DNA of 64,000 nt from Bacteroidota bacterium (GTDB taxonomy: Bacteria; Bacteroidota; Ignavibacteria; UBA10030), in NCBI GenBank assembly GCA_050015675.1, contig JBEKAY010000013.1, forward strand, positions 2,734-66,733. The letters run 5' to 3'. The notes under the pieces were generated by a model. It was not told the origin of the DNA. It did not search any database and saw only the letters and a program-made list of their open reading frames with translations. How positions within the stretch are numbered: the first letter of the stretch is position 1; the number at the start of each line of letters is the position of its first letter. The position numbers were made by a program, and so were the translations under genes. Shown here one piece after another: positions 49,760 through 60,525 of this stretch.

Positions 49760-51298
49760 CTATATGAACTCCCTAAAACGCGGCCACATTTCTTTCAGTG
49801 AAGATTTCGGTTTCTTACACAAGTATATTGCCTCATCATAAGCATATTGGCTTTTATAGTACGCTACTTCTTCAACGCTATTGAAAAACTTACCCCAATG
49901 ACGTGCATTGAAGCCAATAGCAAGAACCTCTTCCCCGGAATAATTGTGTGTTCCCCACATCCAGTAGCTGTTCCTTCCACAAATTGCTTTCGGTAAATTA
50001 TGCTTTGGACCGAAATGATCTACGGCACCCGCTATTCCGTACCAAGGAGCAAAGATCGCGCATTTCTCTTTTTCTCCTTGCGGTAATGCGTTATACACCC
50101 TTCCTATCGAATCCACTAATTCCTCCCAGCCAAACCGATGCACAAAATGGAGCGGCAGAGTATCACCTTCTCCTTTTTCCATTCTAATTAAATTCCAAAG
50201 ACCGAGTGTCTTTGAATACCGAACAAACTGTTCAACTGGTAAAAGCGGTGTCGCAAGAGGCATAAGCAACGCACCGGTAATAATCATTGGCGACACTACA
50301 GCCCACTTGGGCCAACGTATCAAGTGCTTCTCTGAAAACTTTTCAATCACAACTGCACCGGAACTGAGCAAGAGTGGAAAAATTGGCACGATATAGTAGA
50401 CCTTGGAGTTCTGGGCAAAATAGACAACAAAAAACACGACCGCTGTCCAGCCGAGGAATCTATACTTCTTCATTTCCTTGCTGAAAATTAAGTACAAAAC
50501 GCCGGAAAGCCATAGCGGCAGAGTGAAAGGATTCAAGCCAATAATTAGCTGCGAGAAAAATGCAATGGGGGACAAATGGAGATTCTTAAGCTCCATTGCG
50601 TTGCGCATAAATTCAAGCGTTGGCCAATCATAACGTATTTGCCAGAGAATATGAGGTAGGAACATCAAGAGACCTATGATGCCGCTGATATATATCCAGG
50701 GCGATTTCAACAGGCTTCTTTGCTTTGTTACAAGGAGAGAAACTAACAATGAAAATCCCAACACGAGAAATGTATACTTATTCAAGAGTCCAATCCCGAG
50801 GAGAATACCCAGGACAATCCATTTTATGGGAGAGGGAGCTTCTATAACCTTTAGGAACAAGATAATAAAGAGAGTGCACAGCATAATGTCGATAGGATTC
50901 ATCGAGAAGAAACTGCTGAGAGCGGGAAATGCGGGTGCAAAGCATATTGATAATGCCGCAAGAGCTTGCGAGAATTTGCCACCTCCAAGCAGTCTGGCAA
51001 TTTGTGCTGAAAGGAGAACCGTGATGGCGCCTGCAAGTCCAGACAGAAATCGGAGACCTGCCATTGTTTCACCAAACATCCATGTACTGACGAGTGTCAA
51101 TAAAGCGACCATCGGAGGATGATCTACATATCCAAAATCTAGATGTTTGCTGCAGGCGAAATAATAAAGCTCATCGCCGTAGAATCCATATCGTCTTGAA
51201 CCTATAAAAATCAAAAGGAAAAAAAAGAGCGACACAGCGTTTGGAACTGTGATTAGTTTTCGGAGAGACTCCTGCAATTTGTTGAGATTGATATTCAT
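49760..51298 (-). CDS. glycosyltransferase family 39/83-like (ArnT/PMT-type polyprenyl-phosphate-sugar transferase)
   Basis: 512 aa; about 11 TM helices; N-terminal loop with DE-type motif (YGDELYYF..DHPP) typical of GT-C ArnT/PMT enzymes. Confidence 0.7.
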   Translation of the reverse strand: MNINLNKLQESLRKLITVPNAVSLFFFLLIFIGSRRYGFYGDELYYFACSKHLDFGYVDHPPMVALLTLVSTWMFGETMAGLRFLSGLAGAITVLLSAQIARLLGGGKFSQALAALSICFAPAFPALSSFFSMNPIDIMLCTLFIILFLKVIEAPSPIKWIVLGILLGIGLLNKYTFLVLGFSLLVSLLVTKQRSLLKSPWIYISGIIGLLMFLPHILWQIRYDWPTLEFMRNAMELKNLHLSPIAFFSQLIIGLNPFTLPLWLSGVLYLIFSKEMKKYRFLGWTAVVFFVVYFAQNSKVYYIVPIFPLLLSSGAVVIEKFSEKHLIRWPKWAVVSPMIITGALLMPLATPLLPVEQFVRYSKTLGLWNLIRMEKGEGDTLPLHFVHRFGWEELVDSIGRVYNALPQGEKEKCAIFAPWYGIAGAVDHFGPKHNLPKAICGRNSYWMWGTHNYSGEEVLAIGFNARHWGKFFNSVEEVAYYKSQYAYDEAIYLCKKPKSSLKEMWPRFREFI

Positions 51299-51327
51299 GC
51301 TGAATGTCTGCTCGTTCCGCCCCTTGC

Positions 51328-52153
51328 CTATATTCCTTTTAATTTACCTAATATTTTATCCATGCCGCTTGATGGTCTGGGTGCATATCCTGATAATATT
51401 TTTTGCTCTTTATCAATCAAAATATACCTGGGTGATCCATGGTTAAAATATTTTTTTGAAATATCTGTTTTGTATCCTTGGTTTAAAAGTTGAATCCCAG
51501 TTAATCGCTTTTTCTCAATCGTCTTCAACCATCTATCTTTGTCGTCATCTCCTGAAATGGAAATAAAAACAATATTTTTATCTTTGAAATCTTCTTTAAG
51601 TTTTTCGTAATAAGGAATTTCCTTCATGCACCCCCCCGCAATATGATGACCAAACATCGATGTAAACGTACTTGCCCTTGAAATTGCTCAATGAAACACT
51701 TTGACCATTCATATCACTTAATGTAAAATCAGGTGCAGGTTTCCCTTTTGAGATACTATACAATGGTTTAGTATATTCCAATTTTTTACCAATATATTCA
51801 ATAGACGAATTGATATCCTTGTAATCGAAATTCATAATCAACGTATCGTTAGGAAATAAATATGTTGTAATCAATATGTCTCTGTAGTTGAAATTATAAA
51901 ATTCTTCTGATTCAGCGTTGAAAACAAAAAAGAAATTTCCTTTTGGATCGACTGTAGTTTTATATATTCCACCCCAATTATCATTTAAAGTAATGGTATC
52001 TGCTATAGAATTCTTAATCTGTCCAAGGAAAACTATTTTATCTTTTGAAAATACCGTTTGAACAAAAAACCAAAATACAATCGAAAAACCAACTAGTACC
52101 TTTTTCATATTGTTTTCCTTATTTAGTAAAAAAACGCAATCGATAGAGAGCAA
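51328..52153 (-). pseudogene. TlpA-like thiol:disulfide oxidoreductase (thioredoxin fold), +1 frameshift in a G7/C7 homopolymer
   Basis: ORF 51596-52153 ends ...YVYIDVWSSYCGGVHEG; ORF 51328-51657 begins ...GGCMKEIPYYEKL. Removing one C from C7 at 51631-51637 restores WSSYCGGCMKE (CxxC). Confidence 0.65.
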
Positions 52154-52265
52154 CTATTTTGATGACATCTTGCTGATTTCTATATTACTATTCGAAGTTT
52201 CAAGCGTAATCTTTTATCCACCTCCATTTAAAGCATATACAGCATGAATCTCGTCGTGCATGTCG

Positions 52266-53531
52266 CTACCCTTCTATCGCCTCCATAATTCTAGGATTTG
52301 TCGGCTTTCCGCTCCCATCGATATCAAACATCAGTTCTAAATTTATGTCTTCAATGAAAAATCTATTTTTCCCGATCGGCAGCAGACTGAATTTGTAAAA
52401 GTAATGGGGTCCTTCCACGATGAGTCCGTCTGCTGTTTGTGAAATGGTCAGCACTTTATCTCCGACACTATATCGTCCCACATAGCGATGCTGCTCTTCT
52501 CGGCTCAATTTAATTGTACGTACTGCTGCAGATTCTTCAAGTGGAACAAATTTAGGATTCGAGATCGCATTTGCCGTTCGTGATGCAACAACCAGGCAAG
52601 CAATAAGAGAATCCACGTCACGTAGATACCTGCCGCGATACGTATCGACGTTGGCAACGACAACTATTTCGCTGGCAGGAATTACACAGATTCGCTGTCC
52701 ATTGGTCCCCGAAGCATAATACATTTTGGTTCCCTTGAAGTCCTCTGCGATCCACCAAAGATACCCGTAGGATATACCAAGTGTAGTAGTTGCGCAATGC
52801 GATGCGGTTGAAAGTTCAAGCCATTTTTGCGGAACAATTTGTTCTCCATTCCATCTCCCGTTTTGCAGGAAGAGTTCTCCAAACCTCGCTGCATCCCGTG
52901 CCGACATTTTAAATACATAGGCGGGATGCGAAGCATACAGGGTGTCAAAATCATACACGCCATCCATGAGTCGGAAGTCTTCCATATGCAACGGATCTGC
53001 AATATTTTCTTTGAACGCTTCGAAGATATCCTTGCTCGTTTTCTTCCGGAAGACTGTTCCAAGGACGTTGAAATCCCAGTTATTATAGTACCAGAATGTT
53101 CCGTGCGGGTGGCTATTACGCAGCGGGCGTGACTTCTTCATGTCAACAGTCTCTTGTCCCGAAGGCAAATAAATTCCCGAGCGAGCCGTCAGAAGATCTA
53201 TTACCCGAGCCTCCTTTTCGCTTGAAGTGAGCGGGGTTATATCTGTAATGTCCAAACTGCCGATTGTCGCCGCTGTATCGATCATTCCCCTGTCAATATA
53301 GATGTCGTACAATGCACTGAGAAAACTCTTTCTCATCGAATGACATTTGATGCGTCTGCAATAGTCACCATAGGTGTACACTATCTTTCCTTTATGGAGA
53401 AGCACAATAGAATTTGCATTCGAGTTCCTACAAACTTTATCCAGTTGCTCTGATGACCAACCCGCTTGTTCCGGAGTTTTAAATCTCATCCAGTGCTCGC
53501 CTGGATTCTGGGCGAAAGCGATAGCCTCCAA
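52266..53531 (-). CDS. serine hydrolase, beta-lactamase/PBP4*-like family
   Basis: 421 aa; SxxK (SMRK) near the N-terminal third; family-like overall architecture. Confidence 0.7.
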   Translation of the reverse strand: MEAIAFAQNPGEHWMRFKTPEQAGWSSEQLDKVCRNSNANSIVLLHKGKIVYTYGDYCRRIKCHSMRKSFLSALYDIYIDRGMIDTAATIGSLDITDITPLTSSEKEARVIDLLTARSGIYLPSGQETVDMKKSRPLRNSHPHGTFWYYNNWDFNVLGTVFRKKTSKDIFEAFKENIADPLHMEDFRLMDGVYDFDTLYASHPAYVFKMSARDAARFGELFLQNGRWNGEQIVPQKWLELSTASHCATTTLGISYGYLWWIAEDFKGTKMYYASGTNGQRICVIPASEIVVVANVDTYRGRYLRDVDSLIACLVVASRTANAISNPKFVPLEESAAVRTIKLSREEQHRYVGRYSVGDKVLTISQTADGLIVEGPHYFYKFSLLPIGKNRFFIEDINLELMFDIDGSGKPTNPRIMEAIEG

Positions 53532-53608
53532 GAAGAAGACAAGAGAGAAAGAAATATTTCTTTTTATCGCAATATTTACGAAAGATAAATGTTTAATAAA
53601 TACTTTTA

Positions 53609-54709
53609 TTATTTAGCAGACATCTTACTGATCTCAATGTCGCTGTCCGAAGTTTCTAGTGTAATAGTCGGACCACCGCCATTCAATGTATAGACTGCAT
53701 AAATATGGTCATCATCTTCTTTGTTCTCGTACGTATCAGCTTTGAAATCGGAACGGATGGTACATTTCTTGTGATGCCGTCCCCATCCATGATTCAGATT
53801 GATAGTAGCATCGACAATAGCCTTTGCATTTTCAGGTAAGGTAAGTTCAATTTCTCCTCCACCGGTTCTCATCGTACTATTTCCCGTGCTGCCCGGAGTC
53901 AATTCACATTTAATACTTCCTCCTCCTGTCGAGATGTCGACCATACCTGTTATGTCTTCCATCTCCACACTGCCTCCTCCGGTTTTTGCTTTCACTCCAT
54001 ACTTCGCTCCACTCACGCGTACACTACCGCCGCCGGTTGAAAGGTCAATCCAGGCACTTGCATTTTCAGCCTTGATGCTTCCACCGCCAGTTGATGCATT
54101 TACTTTCCCGCCAGTTTCTCGTAATGAAATACTGCCGCCTCCAGTTCTTGCACTCAATGTCCCGGTGATAGTTCTGGTCTCAATGCTCCCTCCGCCGGTC
54201 TGCATCGTGGCGTCACCTTCGACTTTCTCCACTTTAATACTGCCGCCACCTGTCTCAACATCAACCTTGCCGATAATGTGCTCAATCTTAATACTGCCGC
54301 CTTTGGTCTCCGCTGTGAAGGTGCCAGTAAGAACATCATTTTGTTTTACGCTTCCGCCTGACGTCTGAATATTCACGTTATACGTTGATGGGACATGGAT
54401 GATGAATTCCAAATGATCAACGTTGTGGTGTGAATCTCTGTACTTCACCGAAACATTGTTTCCAGATTGACCAATTACCAAACGATCAGGATGCCGTTCA
54501 TCGATTCCCTCCGCTTCAACAAAGACTTCGTCTTTCGACCAAGGTTCGATGCGAACTGCGCCCGGTTCAACATCGACTTCAAGCAATCCGCCTTTTTGGA
54601 CTGTAAAAGATTTCGATTGAAAATCAGATGCTTCGTCTGATTGCTTCTGAGCGATCGAGAGAGATGGCATCACTAAGCTCATCAAAAAGAACACAAATAT
54701 CTTTTTCAT
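53609..54709 (-). CDS. DUF4097-type putative adhesin/beta-helix repeat protein
   Basis: Signal peptide; about ten 19-aa repeats of TGGGSIK-x-E-x3-G-x-V type. Confidence 0.7.
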   Translation of the reverse strand: MKKIFVFFLMSLVMPSLSIAQKQSDEASDFQSKSFTVQKGGLLEVDVEPGAVRIEPWSKDEVFVEAEGIDERHPDRLVIGQSGNNVSVKYRDSHHNVDHLEFIIHVPSTYNVNIQTSGGSVKQNDVLTGTFTAETKGGSIKIEHIIGKVDVETGGGSIKVEKVEGDATMQTGGGSIETRTITGTLSARTGGGSISLRETGGKVNASTGGGSIKAENASAWIDLSTGGGSVRVSGAKYGVKAKTGGGSVEMEDITGMVDISTGGGSIKCELTPGSTGNSTMRTGGGEIELTLPENAKAIVDATINLNHGWGRHHKKCTIRSDFKADTYENKEDDDHIYAVYTLNGGGPTITLETSDSDIEISKMSAK

Positions 54710-54767
54710 TTTATCCTCCGTAAATAAATTATTGGTGCATATCTATTTTTCATCATTTGTTTGCATG

Positions 54768-55916
54768 TTAATGACGCAGCTTATGTATTTCAATATTCGA
54801 ATTCGAGGTACTCAGTTCTATCAATTCACCACCGCCATTCAGTTTGTACACCGCCCTGATCTCACCGGCTTCTTCATCAGTCTCGTACGATTCTTTGGGA
54901 AATTCTGATTTCACAACATAGTGGCTTTTTTTCCAACTCCATCCATCGAGACGGATGGTCGCTTCAATCGTTGCCTTAGAATTTTCATCGATATAAAGCC
55001 GTACATCTCCACCTGAAGATGAAAGTTTGCTGCCACCTTTCCCGCTCGGGATCAATTCTGCTTCAACCTCACCGCCTGCTGTCTTTGCATCAATTGAACC
55101 GGTGATGTTTTGCAATTTCACATCGCCGCCGGATGTTCTCGCGCTCACTTTACCACTGGCGCCCTTTAGTTCGATATCGCCGCCCGCCGTGCTGAGTGTT
55201 GCTCTGCCTGAAACTTTACCAACATTGACATCGCCGCCAGAAGTTGAAACACGCGCTTCACCGCCAACATCACCAATCACAATGTTGCCGCCGGCTGTTT
55301 TTGCATCAAGAGTTTTTGATACTGTCTCTACTCGAATATTGCCACCTGATGTATTGACATAAAGTGAACCATTGACGCTCCCAACATGAATATCACCGCC
55401 CGAGGTTTTGAGATGCCCTTCTCCTTCAAGCTTACCGGTAGTAATGTTCCCCCCAGAGGTTGATACATCAACAGGTCCGTTAAACACGTTGTCCAGTTTG
55501 ATATCGCCACCCGAGGTCGATCCATCTATCTTTCCAGTAAGTCCGCCCTTTACTTCTAAATCTCCTCCCGATGTATTAAGATCAAGATTGAATTGCGATG
55601 GTACATTCACATTAAAGCGCGCATGCCTGGATCCATCGCCCCATCGTGTTCGATACGACACACGCACAACATTTCCGTTTTGCGACATCTTCACCTGACT
55701 AATGTCTTCATCATCAAGACCTTCTATATTCACGTACACTTCATTCTTTTCCCATGGAGAAATCCGAATATCTCCGACGCTCGTAGAAACTTCGACTGTG
55801 CCTCCCTTACTCACGTTAAATGATTTCGATCTTGTGCCTTCTTCGCTTGCCAAGGCGAGTGATATTGCAAACAATACTATGATGGCGACAATGAATATTC
55901 GAGTAAGAGTTTTCAT
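54768..55916 (-). CDS. DUF4097-type putative adhesin/beta-helix repeat protein (paralog)
   Basis: Signal peptide; repeats of TSGGDI/TAGGNI type; same architecture as 53609-54709. Confidence 0.7.
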   Translation of the reverse strand: MKTLTRIFIVAIIVLFAISLALASEEGTRSKSFNVSKGGTVEVSTSVGDIRISPWEKNEVYVNIEGLDDEDISQVKMSQNGNVVRVSYRTRWGDGSRHARFNVNVPSQFNLDLNTSGGDLEVKGGLTGKIDGSTSGGDIKLDNVFNGPVDVSTSGGNITTGKLEGEGHLKTSGGDIHVGSVNGSLYVNTSGGNIRVETVSKTLDAKTAGGNIVIGDVGGEARVSTSGGDVNVGKVSGRATLSTAGGDIELKGASGKVSARTSGGDVKLQNITGSIDAKTAGGEVEAELIPSGKGGSKLSSSGGDVRLYIDENSKATIEATIRLDGWSWKKSHYVVKSEFPKESYETDEEAGEIRAVYKLNGGGELIELSTSNSNIEIHKLRH

Positions 55917-56923
55917 TGTTGTACCTCCTGCAAAGCTAACTTTGCTCTGATTCTGATATAATTGTTGTCGTCCGATTGAGCCTTGTTCTTGAACATATCA
56001 AGAATCTCACGGTTCACCGGCTGGTTTTCATATTTCGACAAGTCTAACGAATTAATTGCTGTAATTTTCAAACCTGTATTTGTTTCATTCGCTAAAACAT
56101 TAAGGAACGCTCGTACGATGACAGGATCCGGCAAATAATTTTTAAGCACATTGATTGCTTCCTTTCGTACACCAAGATTTCGATCATGCATCAGTGCGGT
56201 AATAAGAGCGGTTTTCACTTCGGTATCAAGTGCCGGGGCGCCGGTTTGTTTTTGTTCAGTTTGCGTACCGATCATGTTCACAGCGCGAAGTCGGATGCCC
56301 GCATTCCGATCGCTGACGAGTGCCCGTGCCAGTACTTTCTGCACATTCTCATCATTGACGTTGCCGCGAATATGCACCGGCGTGATCGTTTCAAATGTGA
56401 ATTCCACGTCTCCATTCTGCGCGTTACGATCGAGAAAGCGGATATTCGTTATCTGAGATTCTCCCGCCTCCATCGCCGACGATGCAAATGCCGCCTGTCG
56501 CAGTGTTAAGTTTTTTTCAGATGGCGATTTGAAAACGAAATAACCGACAAGGATTCCGATTGCGAGTGCCGCAACTCCACCCAATGCAACTTGAAGCGGT
56601 GGAGCAAGAATTCCATCGAGAGCGGCTTGCACTTTCATCCACAAAGATTTTTGTTCAGAATCGGCTTGGATTCGTAAACGCAGGTTTCTTCGAGCATCCT
56701 GCAATAACGGCTCTTGTATTGCCATCGGCTGATAATGTGCCAGCGTCGCATGGATTTTTTTCAGTTCATTTAATTCATCCCGACAGCGTTCACATTTTGT
56801 AAGATGATTATCAAGAACTGTTTGTTCTTGTTCACTCAACTCATGATACAAGGAAAGCTGGAGCCATTCCTCAAACTGTTTGTGTTTCATATACCGTTTC
56901 TCGCTTTCTGTTTCAATCCGCAA
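55913..56923 (-). CDS. anti-sigma factor (zf-HC2 zinc finger, single TM, C-terminal HEAT-like repeats)
   Basis: H-x3-C-x2-C (HLTKCERCRDE); TM VALGGVAALAIGILVGYFVF; repeated DRNxGxRxxA motifs. Confidence 0.65.
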   Translation of the reverse strand: MRIETESEKRYMKHKQFEEWLQLSLYHELSEQEQTVLDNHLTKCERCRDELNELKKIHATLAHYQPMAIQEPLLQDARRNLRLRIQADSEQKSLWMKVQAALDGILAPPLQVALGGVAALAIGILVGYFVFKSPSEKNLTLRQAAFASSAMEAGESQITNIRFLDRNAQNGDVEFTFETITPVHIRGNVNDENVQKVLARALVSDRNAGIRLRAVNMIGTQTEQKQTGAPALDTEVKTALITALMHDRNLGVRKEAINVLKNYLPDPVIVRAFLNVLANETNTGLKITAINSLDLSKYENQPVNREILDMFKNKAQSDDNNYIRIRAKLALQEVQQ

Positions 56924-57521
56924 TATCTTTTAATTGCTTTCTTAAACGTGCCGTCGCTTCAAACAAATACTTTTTTACAGTTCCTTCGCTGCATTTCAGC
57001 ATTCCGGCAATCTCTTTCAATTTATAACCATCATAGTGCTTGAGTGAAAAGACCATTCTCTGGCGTGGCGAGAGATTCTTCAATGCCTGTTCCACTCTCA
57101 TCGAAATCTCTGCATCGTGCGTTTGCTGATCGGTCGTTGTATGATCGGACAGTGTATCTTTCAACGCATGCGGCTTGCCATCATCATCGTTCACGTTCTG
57201 ATCAAGTGATGTATGTGAATGTCTTCGCCCGCGCATCCGATGACTTAAGCACACATTCGTTGTAATCCGAAAAAGCCAGGTTGAGAACTCACTCTTATAC
57301 TGGAATTTTGGCAGCCCTTTATACACCCGGAGGAATACCTCTTGATAAATGTCTTTTGCATCGTCGGAGCAGCTTACGTAACCTGCCGCGATGGTTAGAA
57401 CCCGCTTATCGTACCGTTGAACCAGCTGTTCAAATGCGTCCATATTTCCTCGCTGGGTTTGCATGATCAGTTCAGTGTCATTAGCTGCCATACGTTCGGA
57501 ATTCCTTTGTTCGTCAGACAT
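56913..57521 (-). CDS. ECF-family RNA polymerase sigma-70 factor
   Basis: Region 2 (FSTWLFRITTN) and region 4 HTH (LKEIAGMLKCSEGTVKKYL). Confidence 0.85.
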   Translation of the reverse strand: MSDEQRNSERMAANDTELIMQTQRGNMDAFEQLVQRYDKRVLTIAAGYVSCSDDAKDIYQEVFLRVYKGLPKFQYKSEFSTWLFRITTNVCLSHRMRGRRHSHTSLDQNVNDDDGKPHALKDTLSDHTTTDQQTHDAEISMRVEQALKNLSPRQRMVFSLKHYDGYKLKEIAGMLKCSEGTVKKYLFEATARLRKQLKDIAD

Positions 57522-57795
57522 AGAATTAGACCTTTGAACAGTGATAAAGTTGGGGGCTGAGCATCAATTTGAAGAATATTTTCCTGATGCGAAATTATCT
57601 TTATTATAAGGACGGAAAAATTATTGAAAAAGATACAAAAAATGATTGTAGTCTGACGGAACATTAAAAACAGCTGTTTTGATGGATTATTCTGTAAAAT
57701 TAAGCAATAGAATAAAATATTCATTTTATTTCATATGAAATTTCAGTTATTACAGTATCGATCATTTTATCTGTCTTTGGAAAAGGAATGAGGGT

Positions 57796-58821
57796 ATGAA
57801 CAACACGAATCATCACATCATTAAACTCCAGTCCGTTCTTATAGTGGTTTTCATGATCTTCATTGTGCCGATATCTTTTCAAGCTCTTCTTCATGCTCAA
57901 TCCACGGCGGGAAAAAGCCACCAGCTCGTCGAAACCTTTTCGATTGTTGGACGCGATTCTGTAACAAGTGAGCTCGGTGTCGCAGTCGCCTCGCGTTTCT
58001 TTGCGGTTGGGAGCGTTGTTCCATGGGCAAAAGCAGAGGTAGGCGCGGTTGCCACACAATCTTTCGTGAATACATCATTTGGATGGCGGGGATTGGATTT
58101 GCTTGAACAAGGGGCGACAGCTCAACAAGCGATGGATATTCTCTTGAAATCAGATCCAGAAAGTCAGAAGCGTCAATGCGGGATAGTTTCAGCGAATGGA
58201 ACATCAGCCACACACACTGGCTCTGAATGTTTACAGTGGGCTGGCGGCCGCAGCGGAAGCAATTATGCCATTCAGGGAAATATTCTTGCGGGGGAGGCGG
58301 TTGTCATCGCAATGGAATCAGCATTCCTGAATACGAGAGGGACTCTTGCGGAGAGACTTTATGCGGCACTTGTTGCTGGAGATTCTAAAGGTGGAGATTC
58401 GAGAGGAAAACAATCTGCCGCATTACTCATCGTGAAGAAGAACGCAGGATATGGCGGTTATACGGACCGTGCGATCGATATCCGCGTCGATGATAATACT
58501 GAGCCGTTCAAGGAACTCGGCAGACTGTTGAACTATGCTCAGATGAATTATTCGTGGAATGAAGCCTGGACACTTTTCATGCAAAAAGAATTCGCTAAAT
58601 CACTTTCGCTCATAGAGCGTACCGCTCTTCTCGTACCCGAGAATGCTGAAGTGCTCTATGATCTTGCAGTGATCAGACTTACTGCCGGAAAGAAAGAAGC
58701 TTCCTTACAGGCAGTAGAAAAATCACTCCGTCTTAATCCGAAACTGAAACAGCAAGCCTCGAAGGACCCCGACCTCAAGTCGCTCCAGAGTGATCCGACA
58801 TTCCAAACAATGGTCAAGTGA
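57796..58821 (+). CDS. secreted DUF1028-family (Ntn-hydrolase-like) protein with C-terminal TPR repeats
   Basis: Signal peptide; FSIVGRDSVTSELGVAVASRFFAVGSVVPWAKAEVGAVATQSF is DUF1028-like; TPR-like C-terminus. Confidence 0.55.
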   Translation: MNNTNHHIIKLQSVLIVVFMIFIVPISFQALLHAQSTAGKSHQLVETFSIVGRDSVTSELGVAVASRFFAVGSVVPWAKAEVGAVATQSFVNTSFGWRGLDLLEQGATAQQAMDILLKSDPESQKRQCGIVSANGTSATHTGSECLQWAGGRSGSNYAIQGNILAGEAVVIAMESAFLNTRGTLAERLYAALVAGDSKGGDSRGKQSAALLIVKKNAGYGGYTDRAIDIRVDDNTEPFKELGRLLNYAQMNYSWNEAWTLFMQKEFAKSLSLIERTALLVPENAEVLYDLAVIRLTAGKKEASLQAVEKSLRLNPKLKQQASKDPDLKSLQSDPTFQTMVK

Positions 58822-59014
58822 AATATATAGACACTAACAATCACACAACACCATCAATTGCGGAGGATGTCAGAGAAGTAAAAGATCATTCATCAATGTT
58901 GGACGCTGCTATCATATGCATCAGATCAACTTGCATCCTTTGATATGCCTTGATATATTCTAAGAGAGATATTCTTTAAGTCTGACATCAAAGCCATATC
59001 ATTGCAGAACCTCA

Positions 59015-59923
59015 ATGGAAATCATCTATAACTTGATCATTCTGTCTATTCTCTTCCTTATTCAGGCGACATTTGTACTTCTCGTTGCCGGTCCGCTCAT
59101 TCTCTTAAAACCCATTCGGCGGAAGAAGGATTGGTATGCGCGCTTCACGAATCTGTTAGAACCCAAAGATGCCGGACTTCCTCAAGAGAACTTGATTGTA
59201 GAGACGTTTGATGAATTTACATTACACTGCTGGCTTGTGCGGCAGAAAAAGAAAGCACGCGGAACGATTATTTACCTTCATGGTGTCGGTGATTGTAAAA
59301 CCGCAGGCGTAGCGTTTGCGCAATCTCTCTATAATAGAGGATTCAATATATTTCTCTATGATTCACGTGCGCATGGTGAAAGCGAAGGATATTATTGCAC
59401 GTACGGCTTTTATGAAAAGCACGATGTCTCGGCAGTGATTTCATACTTACAGTCAAGAAAAGATATGAAGGTCGGCAAGATTGGAATCTATGGAACATCG
59501 ATGGGTGGTGCAGTGGCAATTCAAGCCGCCGCTATTGATCCCCGGATTGCTTGCCTTGTTTCGGAAGGTAGCTATACTGCATTGCGGGTTGTGTTTGTGG
59601 ATTACCAGAAACGGATTATCAAACTGCCTTGGCATTTCCTACGGAACATTGCACTGGTGCAATCACAAAGATTGGCAAACTTCAAAGCACGGCTCGTTGC
59701 ACCAGTTGAAGACATTAAGCGTGTTCACGTACCGGTCCTCATCGTTCATGGAAAAAAAGATTCGTTCATTAAAGCTGATTACTCCAAGTTGCTGTATGAA
59801 GCCGCCAACAAACCAAAGCAGCTTCTCCTCATCGACAGCGCTGACCATAACGATGTGTGGGAAGTTGGCGGTAAGATGTACGAAAATTCGATCGCCTCTT
59901 TTTTTGAAGAACATCTTACTTAA
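59015..59923 (+). CDS. alpha/beta hydrolase (S9/BAAT-like)
   Basis: Nucleophile elbow GTSMGG; downstream acid and His (DSADHND). Confidence 0.8.
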   Translation: MEIIYNLIILSILFLIQATFVLLVAGPLILLKPIRRKKDWYARFTNLLEPKDAGLPQENLIVETFDEFTLHCWLVRQKKKARGTIIYLHGVGDCKTAGVAFAQSLYNRGFNIFLYDSRAHGESEGYYCTYGFYEKHDVSAVISYLQSRKDMKVGKIGIYGTSMGGAVAIQAAAIDPRIACLVSEGSYTALRVVFVDYQKRIIKLPWHFLRNIALVQSQRLANFKARLVAPVEDIKRVHVPVLIVHGKKDSFIKADYSKLLYEAANKPKQLLLIDSADHNDVWEVGGKMYENSIASFFEEHLT

Positions 59924-59934
59924 GGCGAGAATCT

Positions 59935-60525
59935 ATGCAATACAAAAAAGTGCGCTCAATAAAAAGTAAAACCATTATACCAATCAACTTAATTGAACAA
60001 CGCATTTTCATCATACGCGGAGTAAAGGTAATGATTGACAGAGACATTGCCGAACTCTATGGAGCAGAAACAAAATATCTCAATCGTCAAGTGAGGCGAA
60101 ACCGCGACCGTTTTCCTAATGAGTTCGTGTTTAGATTAACGAGAAAAGAAAAAGAAGAACTGGTGACAAATTGGCACCGGTTCGAATTGCTAAAACATTC
60201 TACCGCATTGCCATATGCTTTTACAGAACATGGTGTTGCAATGTTGGCTACTGTGCTAAAAAGTCAACAAGCAGTGCAAATGAGTATTCTCATCGTTAAG
60301 ACTTTCGTTCGCCTGCGTGAAATTCTAACCAGTCATCGCGAATTGGCAGAAAAACTTCAACTACTCGAAACAAGGATTGATACACACGATCAGAAAATAA
60401 AATCAATTATAGATACAATTCACCAGCTGCTTCTTCCAAACGAGAAACCAAAACGCCAAATTGGATTCAGAGTTGCTGAGACTAACGCCGAATACAAACC
60501 AAGGAAAAGACGCGTCCGCTCATAA
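59935..60525 (+). CDS. ORF6N-domain protein (KilA-N/antirepressor-related)
   Basis: N-terminal ...IRGVKVMIDRDIAELYGAETKYLNRQVRRNRDRFPNEFVFRLT is ORF6N-like; coiled-coil C-terminus. Confidence 0.6.
   Translation: MQYKKVRSIKSKTIIPINLIEQRIFIIRGVKVMIDRDIAELYGAETKYLNRQVRRNRDRFPNEFVFRLTRKEKEELVTNWHRFELLKHSTALPYAFTEHGVAMLATVLKSQQAVQMSILIVKTFVRLREILTSHRELAEKLQLLETRIDTHDQKIKSIIDTIHQLLLPNEKPKRQIGFRVAETNAEYKPRKRRVRS

Noticed and set aside
53799-55698. Long plus-strand ORFs with proline-rich PPPV/SPP repeats (53799-54368, 55027-55362, 55408-55698)
   Set aside because: They are antisense shadows of the GGGS-repeat coding arrays of the two DUF4097 genes on the minus strand. Their periodicity simply mirrors those repeats.
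53609-55916. DNA-level periodicity in the DUF4097 genes as a CRISPR-like array
   Set aside because: The repeats are imperfect, in-frame and coding (19-aa units), with no spacer/repeat alternation or cas genes.
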